From: Psammoneis japonica
Taxonomy: Eukaryota
DNA length: 62,771 nt
NCBI GenBank assembly: GCA_008632985.1
Contig: QPGO01000268.1
Span: 1-62,771, forward strand
Reading direction: 5' to 3'
A program made the position numbers and the translations under genes. Shown here one piece after another: positions 47,347-58,400 of the stretch (positions within the stretch are counted from its first letter, which is position 1; each line of letters starts with the position of its first letter). The notes beneath the pieces are model-generated. The model was not told the DNA's origin. It saw only the letters and a list, made by a program, of their open reading frames with translations, and did no database searches.

Positions 47347-48255
47347 CTAGCTTGGAAGCGGTTCTAACAACGCAAAAGCTCCGCACTCGAAAAGTCGCCC
47401 CGTGCCCTGCAGCATTGTTCTCCTGTGCTGTTTGACGCAATCTAAACTCATTGTTGGCTTCTTGCACAAGTCTGGTTTGGAGATCAAGAAGAAATATATC
47501 AAGCTTGGACGGTCCTTTATTCGCCCAAGCACGAGCGGCCACAAGCCGATTGGAATCCGATCATCATCTTGTGACAGTAGGTACCGTCCAGATTGATTTG
47601 CCCCGAGATAAAAACTTATTTTGTCGAGTGTTTCAGTATCTATTCCGTTACCATTCAAATTCATTCTCTTCAACGTTAGATTCCTCCCTGCCTCTAGCGG
47701 TTCCAACAAGGCACGGCCTCCATTCACTCCAATCGAATTCCTCCCCAACCCCAACGTATGAAGAGACGTATTCAAAGTAAGTAGTCGGCCCATTTCATAC
47801 GCTCCCACGTCTGAAATAGAATTACAATCCAACATCAACACCTTTAGTTCATGGTTTTGAAGGACGCCCGAAACCAAACTAGCTGCGCCCTGAGGACCTA
47901 TCGAATTAAAATCCAAATGCAACTCGATTAACGCTGTACCTTGCTGCGACAAGGCTAGTCCGAACGACGCAGCACCATCATCCGTAATCTGGTTGTAGCT
48001 AAGATACAAACGTCGTAGTTTCGTTTGTGATAAGACCTGAGCAATCTGGGTTTCGGCAAAACGTGTCGTGATGCTGTTGACTAGATTGAGAACCTCGAGA
48101 CTAGTGTTCCCAACTAGAGCTGTAGCAAGTACCTGCATCTTGTCACTGTTTAATCGGCGCAGATTTAGATTCAAGTTTCGCAACTCGGCATCATTTTCCA
48201 ACAGACGCATACAGAGATCCTGGAGCCATGGAGGCGGAGGAGCCGAATTTGACAT
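47347..48255 (-). CDS. RNI/NLRC3-like leucine-rich repeat protein
   Basis: Repeats LYLSYNQITDDGA, LHLDFNSIGPQGA, LMLDCNSISDVGA, LGLGRNSIGVNGG, with the diatom-type C-terminal NQSGRYLL..IPIGLWPLVL..IYFFL..KP motif. Confidence 0.85.
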   Translation of the reverse strand: MSNSAPPPPWLQDLCMRLLENDAELRNLNLNLRRLNSDKMQVLATALVGNTSLEVLNLVNSITTRFAETQIAQVLSQTKLRRLYLSYNQITDDGAASFGLALSQQGTALIELHLDFNSIGPQGAASLVSGVLQNHELKVLMLDCNSISDVGAYEMGRLLTLNTSLHTLGLGRNSIGVNGGRALLEPLEAGRNLTLKRMNLNGNGIDTETLDKISFYLGANQSGRYLLSQDDDRIPIGLWPLVLGRIKDRPSLIYFFLISKPDLCKKPTMSLDCVKQHRRTMLQGTGRLFECGAFALLEPLPS

Positions 48256-48412
48256 GCAGGATAACACGCGTTTCCGCCTACAAAACAATCTCAAGTGCTT
48301 TCCAAAAGCCAGTTTCTTTATCCATACAAAATACAATAGAGCTTGAGTTTAATGCCTCTTCTTAACAGTTCTTCTCCATGCCGGTGTTGCATCTCGCTTT
48401 GTTATTATCGAT

Positions 48413-48436
48413 GTCTCCGGTCTCGAGACCGGAGAC
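48413..48436. repeat. Perfect 24-bp palindrome
   Basis: gtctccggtctcgagaccggagac is its own reverse complement, with imperfect outer arms ttgcatc/gatgcaa. It lies about 160 bp upstream of the LRR gene. Confidence 0.9.
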
Positions 48437-49479
48437 GCGATGCAACTTCGGCTGGGGCTTGGGGTTCGCATGCGGCTCAGAACCTGTTGTTCGCCCCATT
48501 TTCGCGCGATTTATCACTCCCCATCGTTCGTGAAACACTTGATACGCGTTGGAACGCCTTGGAACGCTTGTCCACGAATGGCTTAGTACTTAGGAACACC
48601 CTGGCTACACAGTGTCCCGTTTGTCCACAGGTGTCAAAAAAAATTCAAAGCAAAACGATGGAGAGTATAGCTCGAGGACCGAACCGGACCTCGCCGACTA
48701 GAGAGATCTCACGATACCGCCCGGTAGGAATACCTTACTCCAAGAATAGCAGAGAGAGCGGAGGTAGGTCGGAGGTCGTTGATGCTCTTGCTATGTTGCT
48801 TGCTTGTTGGTTGTTGGTGCTGTTTCTGGCTAGAGATGCGGTACTCGACAACAACTGTAAAATACATTAAACGAGTATTTTGTTTGAAGCCTCAAGATGT
48901 ATCATCGCTCAATCAAACGGCCAAGGTCAGAGGCGGCCGCGACAGTGGATGAGCAGGTATTTTCCAACTTCCAACGATGTTGAATGTGCTTACACGTCGC
49001 CTCACTTTCTCTTACATCCTTAATATCTGTCGCTTCAATCTATAGAATCGGAGAAAGGATATCGCAAGTGTCCAGAGGGAATATCATGCCTTGCCTAAAA
49101 CTTTAATCTTTGGATGTGCTGATGCTTCATCTCCTCTCTGCACCTTGTATCGGTATTCAGCATGGCAACAACAGACGGGCAAGCAATGGCTCAAGTGCTG
49201 AGTACGTTCAATCGCATGGAACGGGTTCGTTTTGAACCTTATAACATCTGAATCTCCAATCCCTCACAAAATTCAACGCGACTCAAATACTCAACAACTT
49301 TTCTCAAAAGACACAACCCACACGATGCATAATACAGCAAAACTTCAATTTGACTCATGGCACCGCAATATTGCAACAAGAGAGTCCCTATGACGAGGTG
49401 GAAATCAGCAATGAAATAATGATGTCTTTGTAAACAAGTCTACTACTCTGCACCAGCATTCGAAAACAACGCGACTATG

Positions 49480-50629
49480 AGACACCGCTAGTTTCGCATC
49501 ATCGCCGTCATACTCACCGCCGTCGTGGCGATTGTGATTGGAGTTGTCGTCATTTTAATGGGTAATACTAATCCCAAAGCTCTCTTTGTTCCCGTCGATC
49601 CACCCGGCAAGGAAGAAGCGGATCGTTGGGATGCCACGTTGACGTTGGGATTGCGTTTGCGTGTCTTAAATGCGTGCAGTGACGGCGAATGGACGGCTCT
49701 GTTTGATGCTTCCCTCAGTGATTGGAACTCAAGTCCATCGCTGCAATTGACGCTGATTCGTTCAACACAGGATCTGGGTTGTCAACCGGTAATGAAATGA
49801 CTCAAGGTTTGCAGTGGCAATTATGGCAATACCGATTGGCAAGGACTCAACATGATTCTGTTGAGACGAGAAGTCATTGTGTGGAGCACGGCGCGACTCA
49901 ATGAAGATCAATCCATGGATAGTGATCGGAAGCACTATGCAATGTGAGTGTTAATACTGTGCTCAGTCTTTATTTTGTTGTTTGTGTGTTGTTGCTGTTG
50001 GGGTGGTATATTTTGGTGCTTGATTGGCGAAGTGTTGGTATTCTTTCGTCTCTCAAAACGCGCACCTCTCCCATCTATTACTCGATAATCCAGCCATTTG
50101 TAATATTGTTTTTAGGTGCCACGAATTGGGTCACGGATTTGGTTTGCCACATCATTCCGACGAAAATCATTTCAACATTAACCGAGGGGATTGCATGGAT
50201 TACACAACCCGGGCCCGTTCCAACCAGCTGCCGGGACAGCACAATTGTCATAGTCTAAAAAAGCTCTACGGAACGCCCGACGAGCCACTTGTGTTTGGTA
50301 GTTCCGCCACTGACGTGAGTGGTACTACTTCTGGAAACTTACGTCCCAATCGAAATGGCAGTACTCGACGAATGGAAAACAATGTGTTTCATGGTGACAA
50401 TTCCAACCTTATGGACGAATCCGTGAACAATAGCACCACCAGCACTATTCTACAAGAATCATCCGAAGAAGAAGAGTCAGAAGAAGAATCAAGTGACGAG
50501 GAGCCTGTTCCAATGGATATCCAACAAATGGCACTTGAACAAGTAGGTTGGCAAATCTGTATGACTGCCCCCGACTTGTGCGCCGCCATGACATTGACCC
50601 TAATAGTCCAATTCGTGAGAGTGCCCTAG
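49480..50629 (+). pseudogene. Membrane-anchored metzincin-like zinc metalloprotease pseudogene
   Basis: TM helix, GLRLRVLNAC..LSDWNSSPSL, in-frame TGA 49798-49800, VCSGNYGNTDWQGLN, intron 49944-50115, MCHELGHGFGLPH..CMDY (HExxHxxGxxH plus Met-turn). A further in-frame stop lies near 49490. The 5' end is not defined. Confidence 0.75.
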
Positions 50630-50639
50630 TGTTGATGAC

Positions 50640-51240
50640 GCTTCGGGTTGTTATGGTCCCAGCTCGCCTGGATGGATTACAGTCACGGAACAGCGAATTT
50701 GACCGAATTATGATTTGACGCGTGTTATTTTCAACAGAAGCAATATCGCCGAGAGTATTTGATTTGGAAATGAACTGGTGCAAGAGGGTGATTTGGTGCT
50801 GGATATGTACGCTGGTATTGGCTATTTTACTCTTCCGGCCCTGATCTAGTGCAAGGCATTTCGTGAGTGGAACCCACATGTTGCGTTCGCCCTAAAGTAC
50901 AACCTTCGACAAAACGGTGAGGCGGATATAGGGCAACAGTACACGCAGGGGATTGTCTTCATATGGCTCGACAACATGAGGTTGTCGACAAGTTTGATCG
51001 AGTCAGTCTTTGACTACTCCCGAGCAGTGAGGGCGGTTGGAGAACAGCTATCAGGGCCTTGTGTCATGATACCGAAGGTTGTCTTCATGTCCACCGGAAT
51101 GTACGAGACTCTTGAAGTAGCTCAATGGCAGCAATGGATGTGTTGTTGTCTTGGTGCTCTACTAGTTGGGAAGGATACTGCCAATCCAAATCGAGATGAG
51201 AAGAGCATCTTAGTGGGTGCTCAGCAGCCACAACAAAGTC
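50640..51240 (+). pseudogene. TYW2: tRNA wybutosine-synthesising protein 2 (TYW2/Trm12)-like pseudogene
   Basis: PGWITVTEQ, DLTRVLFS, ELVQEGDLVLDMYAGIGYFTLPAL, EWNPHVAFALKYNLRQNG, DKFDRVSL*LLPSSEGGWRTAIRAL, LHVH, broken by stops and frameshifts. Tyr codons are intact. Confidence 0.75.
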
Positions 51241-51394
51241 GGGATGGATATTCTTGTGATGTTCACTGCACATCATCCTGTAGTATTCTGTGCCTTCCCT
51301 CCAAACTGCGCGTTTACGGGATGGATATTCTTGTGATGTTCACTGCACATCATCCTGTAGTATTCTGTGCCTTCCCTCCAAGCTGCGCGTTTAC
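51241..51394. repeat. 77-bp tandem duplication
   Basis: gggatggatattc..gcgcgtttac at 51241-51317 and 51318-51394, one mismatch (aaactg/aagctg). Confidence 0.95.
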
Positions 51395-54300
51395 TTTGAA
51401 CAGCCCATTTCGTGGGGAGGCATTGCTAGGCTTCTGTATAATGCTTTGTGGACTCCATACTTCTCGTCTTTTCCTCCTTTATTTATTTGAATGCACTTAC
51501 ACTCGGCGGCGTCACGACCGCCTCCCTTATGTGGAGGGGAATGCGATTCGAAACCGTTGGTTTTTTTGCGTGTGGCGTTTCGAGTCGCCGGAAATCTGAA
51601 ATGGACTTGAAAACCACAAGAAAAACGATGGAACAGCACAATGTAAAAGGTATGTTCAACGCTGTCTTAAAATGCGTACAGCTTTCAAGTTGTGCGCCGG
51701 TCACTCATTTTGTCGCTGATCTAGTAGGCTACCACTTGTTTTGCAGGACCAGTTGCTGCTGTTAGCCACGGCTGCTGGAGACGGCTGATTGCGCTCTTAG
51801 GAACCTAGCTTCTTCTTCCGTCTTGCTGCGAGTCGTCTGCGCCGTGGATCTGAAGGGTGCATTATTTGAGATTCCCACGGCGTAGCAGAAACCGCCATGC
51901 TTCGTTCTAGGGAAAGACTCTAGAGGCAACCAAGCAACTCTAGAAGTCTAGTGTACTCGGTGGCATCAGAGCAAGAAGATCAAACATCAAGATCCCGATA
52001 GTGTTGCTGCTCAGCTACAGACGACAAGCTCTACAAGTTTCTACACAGGTCAGAAGTTGCCACCAGCATCTCACACGCAACGTCAGAATCCCCATACTAC
52101 ATATTCCTATCAACTGAAATCTTGATTCAGTGACAAAGTTGTCTCTTGCTAACGTCAAGTATCACACTTTGACTGTTCTGTTGTTGGCTCCTTTTCACCT
52201 TCGCTGTACCGGCGTGAGACAGCCGGTGCTTTCTCCGCTTTGTCAAGTGTCGCACTCATGGAAAGTCAAGAGGCAAGCCGATTTGACATAAGGCTGTTGA
52301 AAACGGTATTCATACTCCGAAGCTTCGGAGGGCAAATATTTGAATACTGCGGGTGTTCGACAATCTTCATGTGACCCTTGGTGGAGAGCTCAACCGTCAA
52401 GTTGGCTCATGTGATATGGTACACATGATTGAGTTCGGAACTAAGCAAATCGTTCGCACCTGTACGATATTGCGCAAACAGAGAACACTCGACGTTAGGA
52501 CAAACACCATTGCTGCGTCGTAATTTTTGTCTCAAGAGTCGATAGACCTAGTTTAAATTTTTTTCCAGGCGTTGTCTTGCTGTCGTCCAAAAAATCTCTC
52601 CAACTTACGTAGCCCTGCTCTCAGCCGTAGAGGACTGGGCCCTGTGCCAGGTATAACTCGCTTCAAATCTAGAGTAGCACGCGGCCCTAATGCCAGCGGG
52701 ATAGCTGTGGCACCAGCAGCACTGGCTTTCCTGTTTGGGTTGGAGGAGGAAACTTGCTGGTGATGAATTTGATTGCTCGACTGACAGAGGACAGAAAAGA
52801 GCATGCCGGGCGACAAACTGAACCAGGGCAGATGCGCAACCCTCCGGGGCAATTCACATCAACGCGGCAATGCAGCTGACCAAACCGCCACTCTAGATCG
52901 TCATCTTTGCATTCCAAACTTGATCGCTGTCCATCGTGTCATGAACACTGACTCCTTTTTGCTTTGTCGCCCTTCCCATTTCTGCAGTTGGCCATCAGAA
53001 TGAGCCCCTTGTCTCTGGCCTCCTTCAACTCTTCCTTTGTTTTGCCACACATGTGCGCCAGATGCCTCATCGCTCTTGCAGATGCCAGCTTGTCCAAGCA
53101 ACATCTGGGTTTGAGAGAAAATGCTTCCACATCATCTTTCCTGCCACTGTTGGCAGGAACAAGTGTGGGGGGTGAGGGATTTTGGTCTGGGATGGTGTCC
53201 CTCCCATCTGGCATTTCCTCCAGAGATGGCATCTTGGCATTGTTTTCTGCTTGTGTGTTTCTCATGATCTGTGTGCTCTGCACACTTGCAAAACACCAAG
53301 CAGCATGTGCCAGTGCAGTCTTCCAGCACCCCACATGTTGCCCACTCCATTTTGATGCAGTGCTTGTGGAAAGATTCTTTCTTCAGTTCCCTGCTGGCAT
53401 TGTTCCTCCTCTTTCTCTTGTTGTTTGCCTTTGCACCTTGCCCTTCCACATTTCACAAATTTTGCCCTCTTTTTTCTTGGGGCATGTTGAGTGTTGAGTT
53501 TAGACCAGCACTGTCTTTGCAGCCCTGTCGTCGCTGTTGTCAAGGACCTTGTCATTCAGAAACTTGCACTGTCTGAACAAGACATTCTTGATGCATTCCA
53601 GCTCCAGGTGGGACCTTGCACCACTGCACTGTGACATCAATGGTTTTTTGGATCATGTTGCATGTTGCGCACATGCATTTCTACATGTGACATTCTACAA
53701 AATTGTTTCATGCCCCCCGTTTTGCGAAGCCAAAGGCTTTCTGTTTTCAACATTTGTGAGAATGAAAATGCACTGGGTGTGTTCTCGAATGCCTGCAGAA
53801 CATGCCCGGGCAAACTGTCAATGATGTGCTTCAAGCACAAAGGAGGAGATGCATTCGCAAAATTGCCTCTTTTTCTGTTGGCGATCATTCACATTTTCAT
53901 TGCAGCACAAATTTGCTGCGGAGCTCGCACGTCGAATTCTGTGGGCCCCCAATGTCACACGGAGTCCCACCCAGGACTGGAGCCCATCTCTTGCAGCAGT
54001 TCTGCAACACAATCTTGTCCCTGTTGTTCATTTTGTCACTGTGTTGATTCTTCTTTTGTTTCTTGCTTGTCATGTCACACACCCTTTTTCTCACATGAAA
54101 ATGAAAATTGCATGATGTGTTCATTGCAACAATTGTTTGCACCACAAATGTTGTTTTCACAACCAAAGCTCAAACAAAACAAGAAAAGGCAAAACAAAAA
54201 CAGCCATGGCTTTCATGGCACATGACGGCACCCTTTTTACAACCTTGTGGGCAATTGCAGGGCATTGCAAGGACCCCATCATTGGACACAGTCAACACAC

Positions 54301-55466
54301 AAACCGCGCATGACAAAAAAAAACTGCTGCAGTCTGAGGCACACTTTTGCATTTTGTCATGGTGACAACAAGCACAAGACTTTTGGAGTTGTTGACATCA
54401 AGAAAGCAGCAGGAAAGGGTGCAAAGTTGATGTCAATGCAGCGCTGGTGTTTTGTTTGTCTGTTGCACAATTTGCTGCTCAACAAAAATTTTTGGTGAGG
54501 CCGTTGAATCTCACAAGTGTCAAAATGTGTGCACAAAAAACATTGGCATCCATGCTGCATGACCTGGTTTGCACAAAAGAGTGTCCCACGCATGTTTCAA
54601 ATCAGCGCATCAATGTGAGCACACATTGCTCTCAAGGAAGTGCTGAGCTTTCATCTTGTTCAGCAACAATGAGCCCAGACAATCTTCAGAAACAACAACA
54701 CTGGTGCACAAACAAGACCTTTCTGCTGCATGCGCCCATGTCTGAACATTTGAGCGTCAACACATTTTTGTCAGAACAAGTCTGAAAACATGGCTCATGA
54801 CCAAATGAGAGCATGTTGGAGTTTGGCACTCACAACTGCCAATGTCAAAGGTGGGCTTTCTCTGAGACTCAATGAGTTCACAGAAATGATTGAGCCCACT
54901 GTTTGGGTCTAGAACACCCTGTGCAGCCAGCCAAGAAGGAGCTGAGAATGGCAAAAAAGCCAAGCCCACAACAGACCTGATTGTGCAAAATGACAAGATG
55001 CAAGATGCTGTGTGTGAGGACAAAAGGCAGGCACAAAAAGTTGATGTCACAACTCCAGCAGCAAGTCTCTCACCTCTGTCAGCATGGGGTGACACATGCC
55101 CATGTGGTGCTCTTCCCACTGTTCCACAAAAAAGAAGAGCTGCAAAGATGTCTGCATGACAGCCAAATGGTGCACTCCTCCTGTCATCAGATGGTGACTC
55201 ACAGAGGCCAAGTGCGCCATGTTGCATGGGCAATCAAATCCATGATCAAGCAGCTGTCCAACCAAGAGGTGCAACACTCCTGTCCGCCTTGCCCGCTTGT
55301 CATTCATGCAACCCATGATGGTGTGACAAACCACCATGCAGTCTCTGTTGAGAAATGCCATCACACAAAATGATGCATCAGCATCAAAGTTGGCCACTGC
55401 AGTGCCATGACACCCCACACACCAGCCACAATGATGCAACCTCCCAGTGTGGCAGCCATGTTGGGC

Positions 55467-58400
55467 AGTCACGACTCAACGTCATTCTGGTCACATCTCA
55501 CGACTGCAACCCAGACTCAGATTTTCTCTTCAAAATGGTTGGCTCATCACAAAATCGATTCAAACAGAAGCAACGACATTCGTCACAATTTTTAGACAAC
55601 GACTTTGAACAAGCGTCTGTTTGCCTCTGTTGCTGCTCACATTGCTGCCAACCTCCGAGGTCTTGTCCATCCTACCCAGCTGCAGGACTGCATCTCGACT
55701 GGCCACAGAGACCAATTTGCGCATTGACGAGAGCTCCTGACCGAGTCATCGTCACGGACGCTTTCGGTTTTTGATTTTGAAGCAAACCCGGGAAACAGCT
55801 GAGTCTCTCTCGCTTCTCTCGTCTTCACTCTAACAAGAGCCTCTCATGCTGCACTCTCTGTCATGGCTGCCATCGATCCGGCTGTTCTGGCGAAGGCGTT
55901 TGCCGACGCAATGGCCGCCAACGCCGCAGCGACCGCTCCTCCGGCTCCAACCAAGCCGTTGCATGGTGGAATTCACCCAACCCACGGGGTTTACATTGGT
56001 GGTTCCAAACTCAACAACAACTGCGAACAATCCAACGATGGAACCTGCCGACTCGCCTCTCAGTGCCGTCATCCCAAGGCTCTCGACTCGACAGAACGAT
56101 CTCTCCGCGATCAACAAGCTTCCGCAATGACTTCCAAGTTCAACGGTCGACTTGAGATTTTGGACGGTCCCATCAACGAGCTTGACAAGGACCATTTCGT
56201 CAAGATCATTCGAGATCTAGTAGAAGCCCACGGTCAGCAGACGTTCTGCCATGTCAAGAACAGCGACGACAAGGTTCAATGTATCTTCGACCATCTTCAC
56301 GAGTTCACTGTGACCGATCTCGTGAACAAGCACACGGTTGGGAAAGCAGCTGCTGATGACACCAAGCACGACGAGATCGAGCTCGACGACATCGGGCTCT
56401 CTCAACTTCTCGTTCACTCAAGAATCACTGACACCTTTCGCGAGAAAATCGAGACCAAGTTCAACCATCTCTCGGACTGCCAAGACTGCCCTGGATCTGT
56501 TCCATTCATGATGGCTCTCGACACTTGCAACACTGGCGCTCTGACGGACATTGAGACGGCTAAGAAGCAGCTAGAAGACCTCAGTTTGGTCAACTGTCCC
56601 GGCGAGGATTGCACGGACTTTGCTGCCGAAGCTCTTCGCATCGTGAAAATCATGCAGACCGACTGCGCGCTTCCGGCAAACACAAGCTCCAAGCTGCTCC
56701 ACAAGATCTCCTCTGCGTCCTCTGAATGCTTCAATCGCCAAGTCTGCAACAAGCTCGACGACGTCAAGGCTATGGAACGCAAGCACCGCCTCAAGAATCC
56801 TGCTGACATCGTGTCCGACAGCGATTGCAAAACGCTCAGACCGGTCGGCATCATTGCATGGATTCAGGAGCAACACAACGAACTCGTGAAGGACAGGGAG
56901 TGGCCTGCGTTGGTCGCCAAGCTACCCGAGAGTAATCTTTCGACTGCGGATGACCCTGGGAAGACAAAGCACTGTCATGGTTGCGGTCTCGAGGGGCACA
57001 CCAAGAAGACGTGCCCGAAGTGCAACGCCAAACCGCCGCGCGACGATCCTCCTCCCAATCCGCCGCCTGCAGACGACCCTTCCAAGAAGAAGAGGCGACC
57101 CATCGCTGCCTGGCGTGCTAAATTTGACGGAGAAACGAAGAAGGACAAGAATGGCAAGGAATGGAAGTGGTGTGCCACGTGCATGGCGAAGGGTGCCGAC
57201 AAACCTGGAATCTGCCAGAAGCACTCTACCGCGGAACATGCCGACGACCACAGGCACCCTCCCAAGGAGACCCCAGCCGGGAATTTGTCTTCCGTTGCTG
57301 ATCCGGACAGTGGCGTGCCCATGGGTCCGCCCGCTCAGACTGCCAAGGAACCAGAGGGAGACGAATCCGACCCCAACGAGTTGGTTTTCACGGGAATGTG
57401 GTGCACGGCTGCGGATGCCGTTGCCGACCCGGAGTTCTGTTCCGCCCCTGTTGCTGCTGCATTTGTTGTTCCTCCGGCTTCTTCGGCCGAGAGGGAGAGC
57501 GACACAGTCGTTAGCACTGAGGTGGTTTGCAACGAAACGAGCCCACCTGCACTCACCTCAGTCGTGGATCCAGTCGTGTCTCCCATCGTGGTTGAGACTG
57601 TCACTCCCGAAGACGCCGATGACTTCTGCGAATGCTCCGACGCTTTCTCTACCTTTGAAAACGAACCACCAGCCATTGAGTTGTTTCCGGCCTTGAAGCT
57701 GCACTCTGTCAAGCATCCAGATGAGTTCTTTGACGCTCCCGCACATTTGACGGATGTGCTGTCAGACGACACAAAGTTGGGTCTCATCCTTGAACACGAC
57801 GTACACTTTGAAGACGCATGCTACGACTTGCCTCCGTGTGCCACATGTCGTGGCTTCGATTTCTACGATCCAGAGGTCCTGGACACGGATGATTGTCACG
57901 AGGACGTCGAAGACGAGCCCACTTCGCGTCGCTCACTTTTGGGACGAGTCAAGCCATTCACATTCTGGCTCGCCGCCATGTTTTGGGAAACGGCACTGCA
58001 TCTTTGCTTTGCTCTGATCCCTTGCATCCCTCGAGCTCTACGCCGCCAGTGCAAACTCCCAACTTTGCACGGGTTTCCAGCCTCCTGGATGGTCCTGTCC
58101 GTTGCAGTGATGGCATGGTCAGCAGTTTGCGCCGGTCAACAGCCCGAGCATCCATTCTCGAACGCACCAAGTCGTTTTTCGACCGCTGGCTCTCAAGTCC
58201 ACCACATTGTGGAAGAGCTAGATGACCGGATAGTGTCAGATGCGGGGTCACTGTTCGAATGTCACAGGATCAAAGGCACGCAAGCACTCACCGAGTTTGT
58301 CGCGCGCCATCCGTCACACGCACTGAGCACTCGTCTCAAGGCCTGCTGGGAGAGCCCAGAAGTCGCTGAACGGTCGGATGCGATAGACGAATCAGCCTTC

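Noticed and set aside
48343..48870. 175-aa ORF upstream of the LRR gene
   Set aside because: Non-ATG track start, no recognisable motifs, and promoter-like sequence.
51961..51972. tggcatcagagc, one mismatch from the tRNA-iMet PBS TGGTATCAGAGC
   Set aside because: No LTR pair or gag frame follows and it is 3.5 kb from the Copia, so it is likely chance or an unrecognisable relic.
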